Shown: positions 31,059 through 32,000 of the stretch, piece by piece | Position numbering within the stretch: the stretch's first letter is position 1 | Layout of the letters: every line of letters begins with the position of its first letter | Origin: Candidatus Omnitrophota bacterium | GTDB taxonomy: Bacteria; Omnitrophota; Gorgyraeia; 2-01-FULL-45-10 | DNA length: 32,000 bases | Assembly (NCBI GenBank): GCA_023818895.1 | Contig: JAMWCX010000001.1 | Coordinates: forward strand, 269,789 to 301,788 | Direction: 5' to 3' | Position numbers and translations under genes: made by a program | Notes under the pieces: model-generated | What the model was told of the DNA's origin: nothing | Databases searched by the model: none | The model's input: the letters and a program-made list of their open reading frames with translations, nothing else

Positions 31059-32000
31059 ATTTCGCTTAACCTCCAGATAATTACGCTTCGACGCAATGTT
31101 AGCTTAATGCTGCCAAATTTCGAATTAGATATAAGCTCTACCGCTTTTTTAAGCGGCATATACCTCGTCTGCTCGCCACCAATAGCAGTAATAAGATCTC
31201 CCTCTTCCAATCCCTTCGCTGGTTCTCTCACGGACCCAACCGTAAGACCATCGAGCTCCATGGTTAAACTTGCCCCTATCGCAGCCTCAGTACCGCCGCC
31301 TATCAGCCGGCCAGTGTTTAGCGGAACGTCGATCGTGCGCTCTATCGTGCACCTAATCTCCAAAGCGGATTTTTTCAATAACGCATCCAATATCTCGTTA
31401 AGCGACATATACCCTGTAAGCCTGCCCCAGATAGCGACAATGAAATCTCCTTTTCTCACACCGGCATCGTATGCCGGCGATCCTATCTTTACGCTTGTGA
31501 CCTGAGGGAAGTTATCGGTTACGGCTATAGTCATGCCGGTGGTCTTTTCAAGAATAGCCTGCTGGTCTTCGGATCCCTTAGCCTTCGAAATAGCGCTGCC
31601 GTAACGCTCCAGATCCGCCTGCTTTCTTATATCCTCCTCTTTTTTCATCTCTTGTTGACGCAAAATGTAACTTTGAAGATATGCCATTCCGTTCTTCGCC
31701 GCTTTGGATTCAGGGTTAATCTTGAGTGCCCTTTCGTAATAGGACAGGGCTCTGGCATAGTCACGCCGGTCCATAGCCTGGTCTCCGAGCCTTATAAGGT
31801 TTTCCTCCTCGCTGTCAAAGCTCAGTTCCCTTATATCCGACTTGAACACCGTGATCTCGCCGTCAGCGGTTGACAGGACAAGCCTGTCCTTATATTCCTC
31901 GACGACAATGCCTTTTATCTCTCTTCCGTCATTGGTATAGATGATATCGGCCGGGGAGCGTGTTATGAAGAATGCGCCGATTAATATTACGCCGACCGCA
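31055..32000 (-). CDS. membrane-anchored TPR plus tandem PDZ-like domain protein (5' end beyond the right edge)
   Basis: The ORF track starts at GTG 31849. The same frame stays open to position 32000 and reads ...AVGVILIGAFFITRSPADIIYTNDGREIKGIVVEEYKDRLVLSTADGEITVFKSDIREL, a hydrophobic anchor followed by a soluble domain. Downstream there is a TPR-like repeat (YARALSYYERALKINPES) and two PDZ-like segments (VTSVKIGSPAYDAGVRKGDFIVAI; VGSVREPAKGLEEGDLITAIGG). Confidence 0.8.
   Translation of the reverse strand, partial: AVGVILIGAFFITRSPADIIYTNDGREIKGIVVEEYKDRLVLSTADGEITVFKSDIRELSFDSEEENLIRLGDQAMDRRDYARALSYYERALKINPESKAAKNGMAYLQSYILRQQEMKKEEDIRKQADLERYGSAISKAKGSEDQQAILEKTTGMTIAVTDNFPQVTSVKIGSPAYDAGVRKGDFIVAIWGRLTGYMSLNEILDALLKKSALEIRCTIERTIDVPLNTGRLIGGGTEAAIGASLTMELDGLTVGSVREPAKGLEEGDLITAIGGEQTRYMPLKKAVELISNSKFGSIKLTLRRSVIIWRLSEI

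Noticed and set aside
31847-31849. GTG at 31849 as the start of the TPR/PDZ protein.
   Set aside because: The frame stays open for another 50 codons to the window edge and encodes a plausible membrane anchor plus soluble domain. The gene is therefore more likely 5'-truncated by the window.
1-32000. CRISPR arrays, IS elements or transposases, rRNA genes, toxin-antitoxin pairs and known defence-system signatures.
   Set aside because: I scanned the ORF translations and non-coding gaps and found no repeat-spacer periodicity, no DDE/serine/tyrosine recombinase motifs and no rRNA-like sequence. The only tandem or direct repeats found are the short ones reported above.

Overview
This is a compact bacterial chromosomal segment. 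I count 36 genes, 33 of them on the minus strand, many joined by ATGA-type 4-nt overlaps. I found no rRNA, CRISPR array, transposase or integrase.

Gene order, left to right in window coordinates:
1. A Thr/Ile biosynthesis operon on the minus strand: hom, thrC, an ApgM-like putative alternative homoserine kinase, lysC, cimA, an ACT protein and a small cupin. It runs into the 5' end of valS at the left edge.
2. tRNA-Pro(GGG).
3. A 14-gene array with almost no intergenic space: recG, rsmD, coaD, pta, ackA, rpmF, plsX, fabH, fabD, a TPR/peptidase-MA protein, rubrerythrin, a radical-SAM fusion protein, a PEBP protein and gpsA.
4. Divergent rpmB, then an XRE-cupin regulator behind a textbook sigma70 promoter.
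5. A decayed two-component pair: a receiver fragment and a frameshifted, truncated histidine kinase meeting tail to tail.
6. An AT-rich, tightly coupled operon: HTH, SAM-methyltransferase, KAS I/II-type ketosynthase, multi-TM GAF histidine kinase, two CheY-like receivers and a GAF/HD-GYP protein.
7. A coupled TPR/PDZ membrane protein and HAMP-only protein at the right edge.

The two most unusual items are:
- The methyltransferase/ketosynthase pair translationally coupled to a membrane-embedded kinase and an HD-GYP output. This may be a self-contained lipid-signal synthesis and sensing circuit, by analogy with phcBSRQ and rpfFCG.
- A single ORF that fuses a radical SAM/SPASM-like enzyme, a TM/signal-like segment and a glutamine-cyclotransferase-like beta-propeller.

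All functional calls rest on motif recognition in the supplied translations and on reading the DNA by eye. No searches were run.
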